Sequence record: PQ451753.1
Reading direction: 5' to 3' (one strand)
Length of the DNA stretch: 64,000 bases
Part shown: positions 20,501 to 29,796 of the stretch, piece after piece
Position numbering within the stretch: position 1 is the stretch's first letter
How the letters are laid out: every line of letters starts with the position of its first letter
Notes under the pieces: generated by a model
Databases searched by the model: none
What the model was told of the DNA's origin: nothing
What the model saw: the letters and a program-made list of their open reading frames with translations, nothing else
Made by a program: the position numbers and the translations under genes

Positions 20501-21507
20501 GGAGACAACTCTACGCCCTGACCACCGTCATCTTGCATGGCAGCGACTTGAGAACCCATGGAAATGACTTCGCGGGCAGAACTACCAAATTCCTTGATAG
20601 CCTGAACACTGTTGTCACCCAGTTTCGACAGATACTCTCTTGCGAACTTAGCGGGAGTTGAGTTCTCAATAATGGTGCGTTTCATCATTGCTGCTGAGAT
20701 TTCACTAAACTCTTCTTTAGCGTAATCAGGCAATGCCGTGTTCTTAACGATGGCGTCACTGTTTGGGATCAGTTTCTCCATCGCAGTTTGGGTGGTTTGC
20801 AACAAGTCACTCAATACGTAGTACTGACGCCAGTTAACTTCTAACATCTTACGACGGTATTTGTCACTGACTTGGTTGTACGCAACCATATTTGCCGTGT
20901 CACTACGGATACCAGAAATGATTTTATTCAAATCGTCCTGACGAATCGTGTCGGCTTGGTCTTTAATGTCTTGTTGGACTTTATCTTCAGCACGCTCCTG
21001 TTGTGCTAATTCTTGTTGTGCACCAAACGTATCAGTAAGCATCGCTGCGAGAGCATTCTCACGCGGGTCTTCATTACCGTACCCACCAGTGTACTCTTCT
21101 TCACCTTTAGCCCAGTTACCAATTTTCTTGGTCATTGATTCAGGCAGATAACGTTGAAGCATTGGCATAGCTTCACGTGTCGTACGTTGGAGGTCACGCT
21201 TAGTTTGGGTTAATTGTGTTTTGGCTTCCTGATAGACCTTACGACCCTCGGATGCCACGGTATCATATGCTTCCGCTGCAACGGTATAATCGCTAGGTAG
21301 ACTATCGAGTATTAGCTTGCGGCGCTTGGACTTACCGACGATGGTTTCAGCTGCTTTCTTAGCAGCGGTCTTTGGCGCTTGGAGAACCGCTTCGCGACCC
21401 TCAGGCAGAGGAGTCGTACCGGGTTCAAAATCCATGTCCAAATCAAGGTCATCGTCAAGACCCCAATCATCATCTAGATCGATATCTAGATCTTTACTAC
21501 TGCTCAT
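14521..21507 (-). CDS. Giant tail (tape-measure-like) protein with lytic transglycosylase domain (phiKZ gp181-like)
   Basis: About 2330 aa; SLT motifs LLTVAMMESSMNP..A...SSAKGLFQF...TW and YLAHFLGPGGA; start reassigned to ATG 21507 (GGAG RBS) because the track start runs into the opposite gene. Confidence 0.85.
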   Translation of the reverse strand: MSSSKDLDIDLDDDWGLDDDLDLDMDFEPGTTPLPEGREAVLQAPKTAAKKAAETIVGKSKRRKLILDSLPSDYTVAAEAYDTVASEGRKVYQEAKTQLTQTKRDLQRTTREAMPMLQRYLPESMTKKIGNWAKGEEEYTGGYGNEDPRENALAAMLTDTFGAQQELAQQERAEDKVQQDIKDQADTIRQDDLNKIISGIRSDTANMVAYNQVSDKYRRKMLEVNWRQYYVLSDLLQTTQTAMEKLIPNSDAIVKNTALPDYAKEEFSEISAAMMKRTIIENSTPAKFAREYLSKLGDNSVQAIKEFGSSAREVISMGSQVAAMQDDGGQGVELSPAQQRAQMAQTGAELAGSAFANRYITPQVQKIQKYLREKGEANETVASLGSKLRYYGTTMPEYLNDLARDAYAERNSGFESIAANMLSSILPSYTGDTARMENVTAEALAKASPWSKRNDITLNEVIPEWLATIDQSINRLGGVDTGKQTYDWTTKSLVNESEIQERIATRAADVETREYVRKGIDELVEKLTKDADLSDGAKEDLGRVIDEKIRTVGRFNVADLADNMDTYGSVGNSEHLLDLQQFFSDIRDEGKKTEQSVNVEVSDEIRRLRDAIAPIQDVVDEMSNLYGGTMVAKSGIFEHENGRSTLNRDLTSTYSNYTPKFEHQPKPELRSGSNIEEVIKGLADTLNRQEAQRPTTNVDMEELKKAVRSNSARPVAESIRSEDLSDLRDSSWFSNEIQFEMYSKLTDALDRTSGFDMSSLATGITGGVREALFGEEEPNLMTALRKIAKDKESGDSSSTLDGLVEQVRDQLVANNLSEEVGSILQVLQDMSERGVPVVDVSGDAEATTADKPGYFGRFGQHVKSGAGKVRRGAGRVKDAISDRLTKVREKFPNFSVWDKLNGARKGVAAGLNSMVDSFQGVTDIRDEDGNIVLLGRKLKAGMYFDENGKVIKSIKDITGAVYDKNGVVLTEEEVREKKDQFTYYTQKGWKKLSEGIGRLAGGGLRNAFGVPQAILSQVSDLGKKVINKVRTSKDIYVQGESVPRLQHQLMLRGFYIDRNTGKVIRSAADITGPVYNKHKEVIISQEDFDNPDVKFVDVDGNPFESLMSKVGSRIKSAVNFGMDKAVAAKDFVKDLAGGAIDRLGAAKDWALGKIRGDGAEKVGRRSTNKIIDKLDEIYQLLDDRLTKQDSKMEDVLDPIDSDKSEEIFGDVDGDGDRDGSFKDIFEKRREAREKKKAERAEARRNKKDAKGEKKPSQGFFSWLAGGLGGALKGVMGSLGGVLAGSFATKALGMLGDGLGSIFNKINPFGGSPDVPDGPGKGKKPGLLKRAAGGLWKGAKALGRGALTAGSFIGRQVLWQGARMAGAAALGAIGTISAPVVLTAAAVAAVGYGAYKLATRVVNGPLMKLRMAQYGTEDYSDGKSDEVAKLLYLEDALLKHTSYNNEGISTVKGVDEQTTMEMAKQFGVATDEPKAVEMFERWVHGRFIPVFLLWTTRARQQAPGVALNNLDDTSKVEPEAMAKILDGVKLPVDHPIFRVMHSPFGDRGMFDTIGGWFGGDDMMSGEAVKEVEAESAEEIAELVKDAKKDKKSNSGKVATVEGADANSADGIDPEWYKLSKDNVVKNDDGSVTVGGKNFRDMKTYRKVRDAYRRRDESTGGNAGTIALKQNADGDFTSLRDPSNLNAVESVRLRAYGLHDLSVDKVKLLWGLEETVIKHISATGKSATINLDSTIIAERFMAKFGLNYEDSAHRAKWKSWFESRFIPVLMRYVISLKQYAANADPLQAMVSTSTPYMLDVALAIVGLRTMFENNEVSIWSVNVSPFKDISSLNGDPTSVDGNIQYLRDNQRRAKAMEQTAGQDEEIRMDTTEVKQVTKPKPKSSGTEMSRSIIDRVRNGSTMTMDSGSGTVTTSAGGTYRPDAGGIPIGEMGEGVDPNSAYAKIRLRGNDKESVANMIKEVSKASGVDENLLLTVAMMESSMNPQAGASTSSAKGLFQFINGTWKAELKKHANKYGIPATAGPFDPVANALLGAEYLRSGAKTVEKAMPDGVKAGPADLYLAHFLGPGGASKFLRNLYKTPDRIAAEDFMQPAASNPGVFTDKGRLLSYRAIHEKLQRRAENRFSYVSKYASNPVLKQAPMAAANDDAKSVKEATPNVVGTDEGRTQIAKVKATKDIEKAVTQRTAVEAAPTSIGSSAVPTPAISEVVKTSVKEMETQTPDFDANKYVDQVRQELDARISSKERELSDLKESMAKHSVEENEKSRTLMEKQLSFLEEMAMSLRQLNEKVGFNGSSREAEQRSRAHQQERQRMAQTITHDRGPISMARQRT

Positions 21508-21526
21508 AACAGACTCCGGATTTATT

Positions 21527-23140
21527 ATGGATTGGATAACCTTCTCTTTGCTAAACGTAAACAAGCAGAGTCTGGCTAGAATTAAGCCAGTAACTGTCTT
21601 AGATACGTATGAAGGGGCCACGAAGAACTTTCATGACGAGGGTTTATTCTCAACTACCATCTTTGGCCCCATTGGTAGTGAGCAACGCGATACGATGTTT
21701 GGTTACATCGACGTCAACGTTGAAATCATTTCACCCTCAGTTGCACTCACACTGTTTGAACTAAAACGCCTATACAAAGACGTAATGTCAGGCAAACGTC
21801 ATGCAGTATGGAATGACAAAACAAAAGACTTTGAACCTGCTGCACCTGGTGACGAAGGTGCCAATACTGGCTACAGCTTCTTCATCAAACACTTCGCTGA
21901 ACTGAAACCGAAAGAAACAGAAAGTTTAATTCGACAACAGTCTATTGATGTAGTGAACAAATTCCGCGACATTGCATTAAGTCGCTATGTCCTCGTGATG
22001 CCTGCTGGTCTCCGTGATTTAGAAGTCAAAGAGACAGGACAGGAAAAAGAAGACGACATCAACCCGATGTACCGTAAGCTTATCAGTACTGCGAAGAACG
22101 TTCCTAACCTTGGGAATAAAAACAACCCAATGGTTGATGCTGCACGTTGGAAGCTTCAAGAAACATTCTGCGAAATATACAAATACCTATTCAACTACCT
22201 TGATGGTAAGAAAGGTTATATTCGTGGTAAGTGGACGAAGCGTAACTTGTCCAACGGTACTCGTAACGTTATCTCTTCTATGGATGCCTCAAGTCCAGTT
22301 ATGGATCGTGAGGATGAAATCAGACCAACAGACACCGTCATGGGACTGTTCCAAGGTTTGAAGTCATTACTCCCTGTGGCTATCCATGCAATACGTACTA
22401 CGTACCTGCCGCCTGTTGACGCAGGTAACGGTTCAATGTATTTGATTGATAAGAAATCCCTTAAGAAGGAAATGGTTACCGTTAGTCCAGAAGACTACGA
22501 TAAATTCACGACCGATGAAGGGATTGAGAAACTTATCAACCTGTTTAGAACGCCAGAATACCGACATAAACCAATTACGGTTAATGGTAAATACTTGGCG
22601 CTCATTTATAACGACGGGAAGCAATTCAAAATCTTCTACGATATTGATGAACTTCCAGAGGACAAACTACGCAAACACGTAAGTCCTATCACTTACACTG
22701 AGCTGTTATACCTCAGCGGGTATGACCGTTGGAACGACTACTTTACGGTAGTCACACGTTACCCTGTCGCTGGCGATGGTAGTACGTACTCGTCAACTAT
22801 AAGATTGACGACCACAACACGCACTTCTATGGTCTATGAATTAGAAGAAGACTGGGAAACGAGAAAAACCAAACCTGCAATTGACTTCCCTGACCGCAAC
22901 GTAGATGAGTTTGTTACATCTATGGCACTGCACCCAACTCGACTAAAAGGTCTAACTGCCGACTTCGATGGCGATACGTCGTCCGGTGACTCAGTATACA
23001 CTGATGACGCTTTGGAAGAGAACCGAAGAATGAAACGTAAAGTCTCGTTCTGGGTAGCCAATGATGGGAGTCTAACAGTAGACATTAACGTGGATACTGT
23101 GGAACGTACAGTATTCAATCTACTAGCAGATCCAGATTAA
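21527..23140 (+). CDS. Virion RNA polymerase beta' subunit, N-terminal piece with catalytic loop (phiKZ gp180-like)
   Basis: GLFSTTIFG, VLVMPAGLRD, TRYP and catalytic LTADFDGD (NADFDGD-like); start reassigned to ATG 21527. Confidence 0.9.
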   Translation: MDWITFSLLNVNKQSLARIKPVTVLDTYEGATKNFHDEGLFSTTIFGPIGSEQRDTMFGYIDVNVEIISPSVALTLFELKRLYKDVMSGKRHAVWNDKTKDFEPAAPGDEGANTGYSFFIKHFAELKPKETESLIRQQSIDVVNKFRDIALSRYVLVMPAGLRDLEVKETGQEKEDDINPMYRKLISTAKNVPNLGNKNNPMVDAARWKLQETFCEIYKYLFNYLDGKKGYIRGKWTKRNLSNGTRNVISSMDASSPVMDREDEIRPTDTVMGLFQGLKSLLPVAIHAIRTTYLPPVDAGNGSMYLIDKKSLKKEMVTVSPEDYDKFTTDEGIEKLINLFRTPEYRHKPITVNGKYLALIYNDGKQFKIFYDIDELPEDKLRKHVSPITYTELLYLSGYDRWNDYFTVVTRYPVAGDGSTYSSTIRLTTTTRTSMVYELEEDWETRKTKPAIDFPDRNVDEFVTSMALHPTRLKGLTADFDGDTSSGDSVYTDDALEENRRMKRKVSFWVANDGSLTVDINVDTVERTVFNLLADPD

Positions 23141-23198
23141 TCAAAGGTGTCCCTGTTAAGGGACGCCTTCCGTATACTTTTATTAGGGTAATTTCATC

Positions 23199-26100
23199 AT
23201 GATGCTATTACGTAATTTCAATCGCCAAGCAACGGTTATCCGTTTAGAACAGTTTGGCATGCCTAAGGTCGCTCCTTACAGTAAGTTAGAGCTACCCCGT
23301 GGCAGTATTCTGCACTATGTACCTACCTCAGGTGTTTCTGAGATGGGTCCTCCGCAGACACTACCGATGCTTGAGAATAGTGAGAAGCTAGTTCAAGTTA
23401 ATCACATCACTCAGTTGACTGACGAACAACTGCTCCTAGGACGCCCTAAGCGCATTGAGAAGCCTGTCAACCGCGAGATAATGCATTACCACCGCATTAA
23501 CAAGAAGTTACGTCGTATGCACACTGAGACGATGATTGAGCGCGACGACAAAACTCTCTTGGTTGAGAACTATGCGCCAATCCGTAACTTGTATCGTTAC
23601 CCACAGACATTGATGTCTTGGTACGAGCGTTTCCATAACCTACTGACTACAATGGTGGCACAGTTAGGTCGTGACGCTGACAAGTACGAACGTCAGAATT
23701 ACCTTTTACTAACAATCCCAGACACGCTACCTGCAAAAGCTAAGTTGCGTCGTGCTGAGAAACGTCGTGATAACATTACGTTAGACGACATGCGTGATGA
23801 AAACGCATTGTTCTTCTTAGAGCTATGGACATGGTTGGGTGATAACCGTTCAAGTTCTCTATTTGCATCGTTGACTGAATCACAACTGCGTCGTATCAAC
23901 GTCATTCTTCAATTCAACGGTAAGTTCGTTAACTTGAACTTAGGTGAGTTGAACTTCTGGCGTCGTGGTGACAGCATGGGTGGTAAGGTTAATCCTGACC
24001 AAATGCAAAAGCGTCTTTACAAAACCGTTATCAGTCTTGCACAGTCAGCTCTAGATACTCCAGTAGAAGCAACAGTTGAAGTGGAGGAAGAATCTGAAAC
24101 TGATATGACCGGTGCTGAAGTAATGGCCATCGTTGACCGTAGTGATGCTGAGGAAGAAGCGGGCGATTTAGATATCGACGATGAGATCGCTAAGTTTGAG
24201 AAAGAAGAAGACATCGATGAAGATGAAGACTTCGAAATCATCAAACAAGAAAACACCTCTGGTAATGAAACTACGTTAGAGGAAGCGATTACAGTTGATT
24301 CTGGTATCGAGAAAGCGTGTGAACGTTTCATTGATGCAGGAACGTTGTCATCTAAAGAGTACCAACGTATTCTTGATAAGGCGGGAACGTATAAAGAAAT
24401 CGACAACCCATTCGGTGAGGGTAAGCTGTCAGATATGCTTGAAGTGAAACCTGAAGAGGTAGCGCTTGAAGAAGAAGTGATGATGGATGACCCAACTATC
24501 CTTGATAAAGGGATGGCTAAGAACACCACTCGCCAATTTACGCGTAAGTACATCGAGAATGTATTGCCGAAAGACATTGTGAGTAATGTTGTTTCTGTTC
24601 AGCGTGCGGGTATTGTGGTTGATGACTACAAAGTTGAAAAGGTCATCGATGCCGCTAACCGTTTGCAGATACATACGTTGAAACTGTCTCCAGTGAAGGG
24701 ACGTTCTACAACTATCCGTTTCACCACTCCATTGCTTGATGAAGATGGTTACTGGACAGCTAACGATATCCGCTACACAATGCGTAAGCAGCGTGTTGAT
24801 ATGCCGATTCGTAAAACAGCGCCAGACACGGTAGCGTTAACGACGTTCTATGGTAAGAACTTTGTACAGCGTAGTCAGAATCAGTCTGCTAACTGGTCTG
24901 GTTGGTTAAACGATCAGATTGTTGCTAAGGGCTTGAGTTCCGACAATGCTAAACTACGTGACTTGAAGTTCTCTAACGTATTTGATCCATCGGTTAAACT
25001 ACCGCGTGACTATACGGTTATCTCACAGCGCCTCGCAGGTTTTACCGCAGGTAGTGTTGTGTATAACTTCGACGCTTCTAAGATTGATGAGTTCTTTGAT
25101 AAGGACGACGTTAAAGAATTGAAGAAGCAGTCACTGACTCCAGTTGGTAAGTCTAAGGGTGCCACTTATGGCATGGACCCATACTCGGTTGTCTACAAGA
25201 AGACCGCAACAGGTATTGAGGAAGTTGGTCGCATAACTGAAGTCCTTGATATTGATACAGAGAAAGCACCGAAAGAGTTTACTGAACTCTCGATGATGGG
25301 TAAGAGTATTCCTCTGGCTATTATCTTCGCGTACTACCTCGGTATTGAGAATATGTTGCGTGAGTTTAAGGTGTCGTACCGTACGGCTGATTCCAGTGAA
25401 CGTGTGCCTAAAGATGAAGGCGACATGGTTCTAACGATGAAGGATAGTAAGTTAATCCTAACCTTTGACAATAACGAGCAAGAGCTCATCTTCCAAGGCT
25501 TTAAGTCTTACCTCAAGTTGATGCGAGATTACACTTTGCATGACTTCAACCAGAAAGACGTTTACCTTAACCTAATTCAGAAAGACGGTTTAACGATTCG
25601 TTATCTGAATGAACTCGATCTTATGGAAGCAATGTTTGTTGACCCAACATCCGAACGCTTACTTAAGAAAATGGGAGAACCAACACACTTTAAAGGTTTG
25701 CTTAAACGTGCAAACGAACTGGTCACTCTGGATAACCATAAACCAGAGACTGATATGGATGAGATGCACATTTACGGACATCAACGTATTGCAGGTGCTA
25801 TTTACACTGGCTTGGTTCGCGGCATCCGTGATTACAACAACAAGCCGGGAAGTAATAAGCGAATTGATATTCCATCATCAGAGATTTGGTCAAGCATTGC
25901 ACAAGACCCGGCAGTTATGCCAGCGTCAGATGCTAACCCAATTCAGTCAGTGAAAGAAGCGGACGTTGTTACCTTTGGTGGTAACGGTGGACGTAGTCGT
26001 CGTTCGATGGTTAAACGTACTCGTCAGTTCCTTGAATCTGACCTAGGCGTTATCTCAGGCGATACCGTGGATAGTGGCGATGTAGGTATCACATCTTACA

Positions 26101-27356
26101 TGTCTGCAAACCCTATCTTAGATACATTAGATGGGACAGCGAAAGATGTTCCACGTAATGGTCTTGAGACTGCTCAATATATCAGTTCAACGGTTGCTCT
26201 TGCACCAGGTGCAATGTTTGATGATGATAAACGTGCTAACTTTATCGGTATTCAACATGGTTCTGGTATGGCCGCTGACGGTTATGAAGCGCCAAGTTTC
26301 CGTACTGGTTACGAGAAGCTAGTAGCTCACCGTACAGGCTCCACGCAAGCAGTTGTTGCTGACAATGACGGTAAAGTCGTATCGGTAGATGAGTTTGGTA
26401 TTACAGTTGAATATGACGGTAAGCCAAAGGTTGTTAAATCCTACCCGATTGGTAAAACATTCGGTAAGCACGAGGGTGCTGTATTCCCTCATGAATTAGT
26501 GGCTAATGTTAAGAAAGGACAGAAGTTCCCGAAAGGTGCGGTTCTGACTTACAACAAGAAGTTCTTTGAACCTGATGTTTTCAACCCTGAACAGGTGAAC
26601 TGGAAACTCGGTGTTTATGCAAACGTGGTTCTATTGGAGGGCGTAGATACATTGGAAGACTCCAGTGCCATCTCCCCATGGTTATCTGAAAAGCTTCGTG
26701 CTCAGACAACCAAAGTTAAGAACATTGCAATACGTTTTGACCAAGGCGTGCACAACTTGGTTAATGTAGGTGATGAACTTAATCCTGATGATCATCTCTG
26801 TCTCATCGAGGATGGTCTAACCGCAGGTAACCAAGGTTTCAGTTCCGACTCAATCGAAACACTGAAGCGTTTGGCATCGCAAGCACCACAGGCGAAAGTG
26901 CAAGGTCGTGTAGACCGCATTGAAGTTTTCTACAACGGTGACTTTGAAGACATGTCAGAATCTGTTCTAGACATTGTTAAGAAAGCTGACCGTCGACGTA
27001 AGAAAGAAGCGAAAGCATCCCCAATCGAGCTAGCGGAAACGGGACGCGTGGACTCAACCTTGCGTATCGATGGTAATCCTGTAGAACTTGACACTATGGT
27101 CATTCGAGTTTATATGACTCAAGATGTTGCAGCGGTAGGTGGTGACAAAGCAGTATTCGCTAACCAGATGAAGACGACTTTCCGTCGTGTGATGGTTGGA
27201 CGTAACGAAACCGCTTCAGGTCTACCTATTCATGCCATCTTTGGTAAGAAGTCAATCGATGACCGTATCGTACTGTCAGCTTATCAAATCGGTACAACCA
27301 CAATGATTTGTGAACTGATGTCTCAGAAGTGTCAGGAACTCTTAAAAGCCGCATAA
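23199..27356 (+). CDS. Virion RNA polymerase beta subunit, large N-terminal piece (phiKZ gp178-like)
   Basis: 1385 aa; DSGDVG, RANFIGIQ, terminal GDKAVFANQMKT (RpoB GDK...GNK equivalent); follows beta'-N. Confidence 0.9.
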   Translation: MMLLRNFNRQATVIRLEQFGMPKVAPYSKLELPRGSILHYVPTSGVSEMGPPQTLPMLENSEKLVQVNHITQLTDEQLLLGRPKRIEKPVNREIMHYHRINKKLRRMHTETMIERDDKTLLVENYAPIRNLYRYPQTLMSWYERFHNLLTTMVAQLGRDADKYERQNYLLLTIPDTLPAKAKLRRAEKRRDNITLDDMRDENALFFLELWTWLGDNRSSSLFASLTESQLRRINVILQFNGKFVNLNLGELNFWRRGDSMGGKVNPDQMQKRLYKTVISLAQSALDTPVEATVEVEEESETDMTGAEVMAIVDRSDAEEEAGDLDIDDEIAKFEKEEDIDEDEDFEIIKQENTSGNETTLEEAITVDSGIEKACERFIDAGTLSSKEYQRILDKAGTYKEIDNPFGEGKLSDMLEVKPEEVALEEEVMMDDPTILDKGMAKNTTRQFTRKYIENVLPKDIVSNVVSVQRAGIVVDDYKVEKVIDAANRLQIHTLKLSPVKGRSTTIRFTTPLLDEDGYWTANDIRYTMRKQRVDMPIRKTAPDTVALTTFYGKNFVQRSQNQSANWSGWLNDQIVAKGLSSDNAKLRDLKFSNVFDPSVKLPRDYTVISQRLAGFTAGSVVYNFDASKIDEFFDKDDVKELKKQSLTPVGKSKGATYGMDPYSVVYKKTATGIEEVGRITEVLDIDTEKAPKEFTELSMMGKSIPLAIIFAYYLGIENMLREFKVSYRTADSSERVPKDEGDMVLTMKDSKLILTFDNNEQELIFQGFKSYLKLMRDYTLHDFNQKDVYLNLIQKDGLTIRYLNELDLMEAMFVDPTSERLLKKMGEPTHFKGLLKRANELVTLDNHKPETDMDEMHIYGHQRIAGAIYTGLVRGIRDYNNKPGSNKRIDIPSSEIWSSIAQDPAVMPASDANPIQSVKEADVVTFGGNGGRSRRSMVKRTRQFLESDLGVISGDTVDSGDVGITSYMSANPILDTLDGTAKDVPRNGLETAQYISSTVALAPGAMFDDDKRANFIGIQHGSGMAADGYEAPSFRTGYEKLVAHRTGSTQAVVADNDGKVVSVDEFGITVEYDGKPKVVKSYPIGKTFGKHEGAVFPHELVANVKKGQKFPKGAVLTYNKKFFEPDVFNPEQVNWKLGVYANVVLLEGVDTLEDSSAISPWLSEKLRAQTTKVKNIAIRFDQGVHNLVNVGDELNPDDHLCLIEDGLTAGNQGFSSDSIETLKRLASQAPQAKVQGRVDRIEVFYNGDFEDMSESVLDIVKKADRRRKKEAKASPIELAETGRVDSTLRIDGNPVELDTMVIRVYMTQDVAAVGGDKAVFANQMKTTFRRVMVGRNETASGLPIHAIFGKKSIDDRIVLSAYQIGTTTMICELMSQKCQELLKAA

Positions 27357-27402
27357 CTCTGGTGAGGGTCGCTCCCTCACCTAACTAACTCCGGAGTTTA
27401 CA

Positions 27403-27597
27403 ATGGAAAAATCACAAACACGCCGTAATTTGGTTACGGCTGCTAACGCAACTGAGTTAGCAACACGTACTATCATGAAAGTCATGGGTCACGATTGTGC
27501 CAAGACAATGGGTGGTCAGAAAATCACACGTCAGCTTGTTGCAGACAGCGTTGCTGCTAAGCTTGGTTCTCACGTTAACGACAGCGTTCGAGGTTAA
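27403..27597 (+). CDS. Small hypothetical protein
   Basis: 64 aa with GGAG RBS, inside the vRNAP/head operon. Confidence 0.6.
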   Translation: MEKSQTRRNLVTAANATELATRTIMKVMGHDCAKTMGGQKITRQLVADSVAAKLGSHVNDSVRG

Positions 27598-27599
27598 TC

Positions 27600-29057
27600 A
27601 TGATCAACAGAGAAACCCTTAATGCGATTTACCCAATCGTAGAAAAGCTAGATGCAACTTCAAACTTGCTTATCCCAAGCGAAGTATCGCCAGTGTTCGC
27701 ACTAAACGAAGTGGCGATGACGCCAATCGTTGACATGCATGAAGGTGAAACCGGTTTTGAAGAAGCGTGGCTTGAATCATTACAGCGTTCTCCAGTTCTT
27801 GGTGCTATCGGCGCTAACGAAACTGAAACTGACGCGGGTACTCAGGTAACGATCAACCTTTCAATGTATTCACGTACACTTGAAGAAGGCGCTGAGATGT
27901 TGGCAATGTCAGTACGTAATGCCATGAAGCACGCACGTACCGTTGCATCACCAACAGTAAGCAACATGATCGACATGATGAACGAGTACATGGAAGACGT
28001 TACTGTTATTCCTGAGCCGTACGAGATTGTTGATGTCGCACTAGCGCCAGTATGGGACAACCCCGTTGTAATGTCTGCGTTAGAGAAACACCAAACGAAA
28101 ATCCGTTCACTTGACCGTTCAAGCATCCGCCGTGTTGCGGCTCCAGAAGACTTGGACGAACATCTGGTAACTGGCGCGGTTGCGTTTGACCAAGCGTTCC
28201 AACAGTCACTGCGTGACGCTGGTATGACTGCACAAGAAGTGTTCGACTACTTATTCAATGGCAGCAAAGCACTGTCTGGTGTTGAATACCCGTTCTACAA
28301 AACGCGTAACAAAACCATCATTGCATACTTGATGGCAAGCATCCTGTTAGATAAGCCAGTGGCTAACTCTGGCATGGACAGCATTGAGTGGGAAACTACT
28401 CTACAATCAATGTTGAACGTATTAGGTGAAGGCTGTAACTTCATTTACCAAACACACCAGTCTGATATCGATGCTAATGTTCTGCATTACGATACAGATA
28501 TGGTTAACGGTAAGGTTTACCTAAACTCAGTCATTTACGATAAATGGTTGAACGAAGGCGGTACTCCTGAAGTTATCTTTGGTGCGGTGATGAATCAACA
28601 ACACAACCCATCAGAGATTATCTCATACACGCAAACATTGGATCGTAAAGAAATCCTGATGAACGTGTGGAGTAACTACCACGCATCTAAACGTATCTTA
28701 GAAGACAACAAACGTCTTGATAAGATTAAGAACGGCTTGTACGCATGTCTAGTTAAAACTATCGATGAGATGGATAGCGCCGACTTGCCAGAACTTGCTG
28801 TTAAGGATAACTTGGTAACTCGTGCGAAAGAGCACGTTGCTCAAGTTAACAACCACCACATTAATGACATGGGTAAACTGTGTTTGGACATTGCGTGTGA
28901 CGTATTGTTCTACCACACGCCTGCTAAGTACCTTCTAAACCGTATCACCGATCGTTGTGAAGAAGGCATGTCTGCCGATGAAGCTGCAACTGCGGTTATG
29001 ATGGAATACGTCACTGACTGGATTGCGCTAGGACTTGGCGTTGTAAAACAAGGGTAA
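27600..29057 (+). CDS. Probable head/ejection protein (SPN3US gp243-like by position)
   Basis: 485 aa between vRNAP beta and the protease; assigned by recalled synteny. Confidence 0.55.
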   Translation: MINRETLNAIYPIVEKLDATSNLLIPSEVSPVFALNEVAMTPIVDMHEGETGFEEAWLESLQRSPVLGAIGANETETDAGTQVTINLSMYSRTLEEGAEMLAMSVRNAMKHARTVASPTVSNMIDMMNEYMEDVTVIPEPYEIVDVALAPVWDNPVVMSALEKHQTKIRSLDRSSIRRVAAPEDLDEHLVTGAVAFDQAFQQSLRDAGMTAQEVFDYLFNGSKALSGVEYPFYKTRNKTIIAYLMASILLDKPVANSGMDSIEWETTLQSMLNVLGEGCNFIYQTHQSDIDANVLHYDTDMVNGKVYLNSVIYDKWLNEGGTPEVIFGAVMNQQHNPSEIISYTQTLDRKEILMNVWSNYHASKRILEDNKRLDKIKNGLYACLVKTIDEMDSADLPELAVKDNLVTRAKEHVAQVNNHHINDMGKLCLDIACDVLFYHTPAKYLLNRITDRCEEGMSADEAATAVMMEYVTDWIALGLGVVKQG

Positions 29058-29063
29058 TAACTA

Positions 29064-29786
29064 ATGGACATCTCTAAACTAAAACGAAACCCGACCAAGG
29101 TTCAAGATACGCTGTTCGAAAATAAAGAACATCAGCTTATCACTAAAACTGGCTGTAAGATTGTTATCCCGGCATCTTACACAAGTAAAGGACTGGCCGT
29201 CATTTCTAGTGAGGTGTCCATTCTTGGGATATTTGCAATGGTCATAGACGGAAACTTTTATTCCGTCTCCCGTTCAACATCAATGATGACTATCACACCA
29301 ACGTCAATCGACAGTGAGATGATTAACGATGCTGAACACCTTGTCTTCACATTCGCGCCGGGTAGCGTTGTGATTAAAAATACCATGTTAGTGAAAAACA
29401 AGAAACTGGTGAACAACATCATGGACTACTTTGTCGACTACGGTCACAGTCCATGGTTTATCAGCTACGTTGACCACTCGGAGCTGTTTGCAAACTCGAA
29501 GTATTTCAACGACATCAAACTGGGCCAATCTCAGGCTGTCTTGGATATCATCACTGCACACGTTTCTCGTAATCCCAAGAAATTCGAGCAGTATTACCGC
29601 CACAGCATTAAAGAGTCTTCGGAACTATGGCTACAGCCTACCTTTATTGCTACGCGAGATATCGCAAACAACACCACATCTAACTTAGCACGTATCAATG
29701 GTTCAGAGCTACAGCGTGCCTTGAAAGCATCGCTACTGGCTAAACCAGAACGTGCAGAGCCATTAGAACAACACTTCTTTGAATAG
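29064..29786 (+). CDS. Probable virion RNAP beta' middle piece (SPN3US gp244-like by position)
   Basis: 240 aa directly upstream of the prohead protease; mainly synteny and size, no diagnostic motif verified. Confidence 0.5.
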   Translation: MDISKLKRNPTKVQDTLFENKEHQLITKTGCKIVIPASYTSKGLAVISSEVSILGIFAMVIDGNFYSVSRSTSMMTITPTSIDSEMINDAEHLVFTFAPGSVVIKNTMLVKNKKLVNNIMDYFVDYGHSPWFISYVDHSELFANSKYFNDIKLGQSQAVLDIITAHVSRNPKKFEQYYRHSIKESSELWLQPTFIATRDIANNTTSNLARINGSELQRALKASLLAKPERAEPLEQHFFE

Positions 29787-29796
29787 CAGGTAACTC

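Noticed and set aside
21317-21621. Track starts giving a 305-nt overlap between the tail gene and vRNAP beta'
   Set aside because: The extensions are the reverse complement of each other's coding sequence; internal ATGs at 21507 and 21527 remove the overlap
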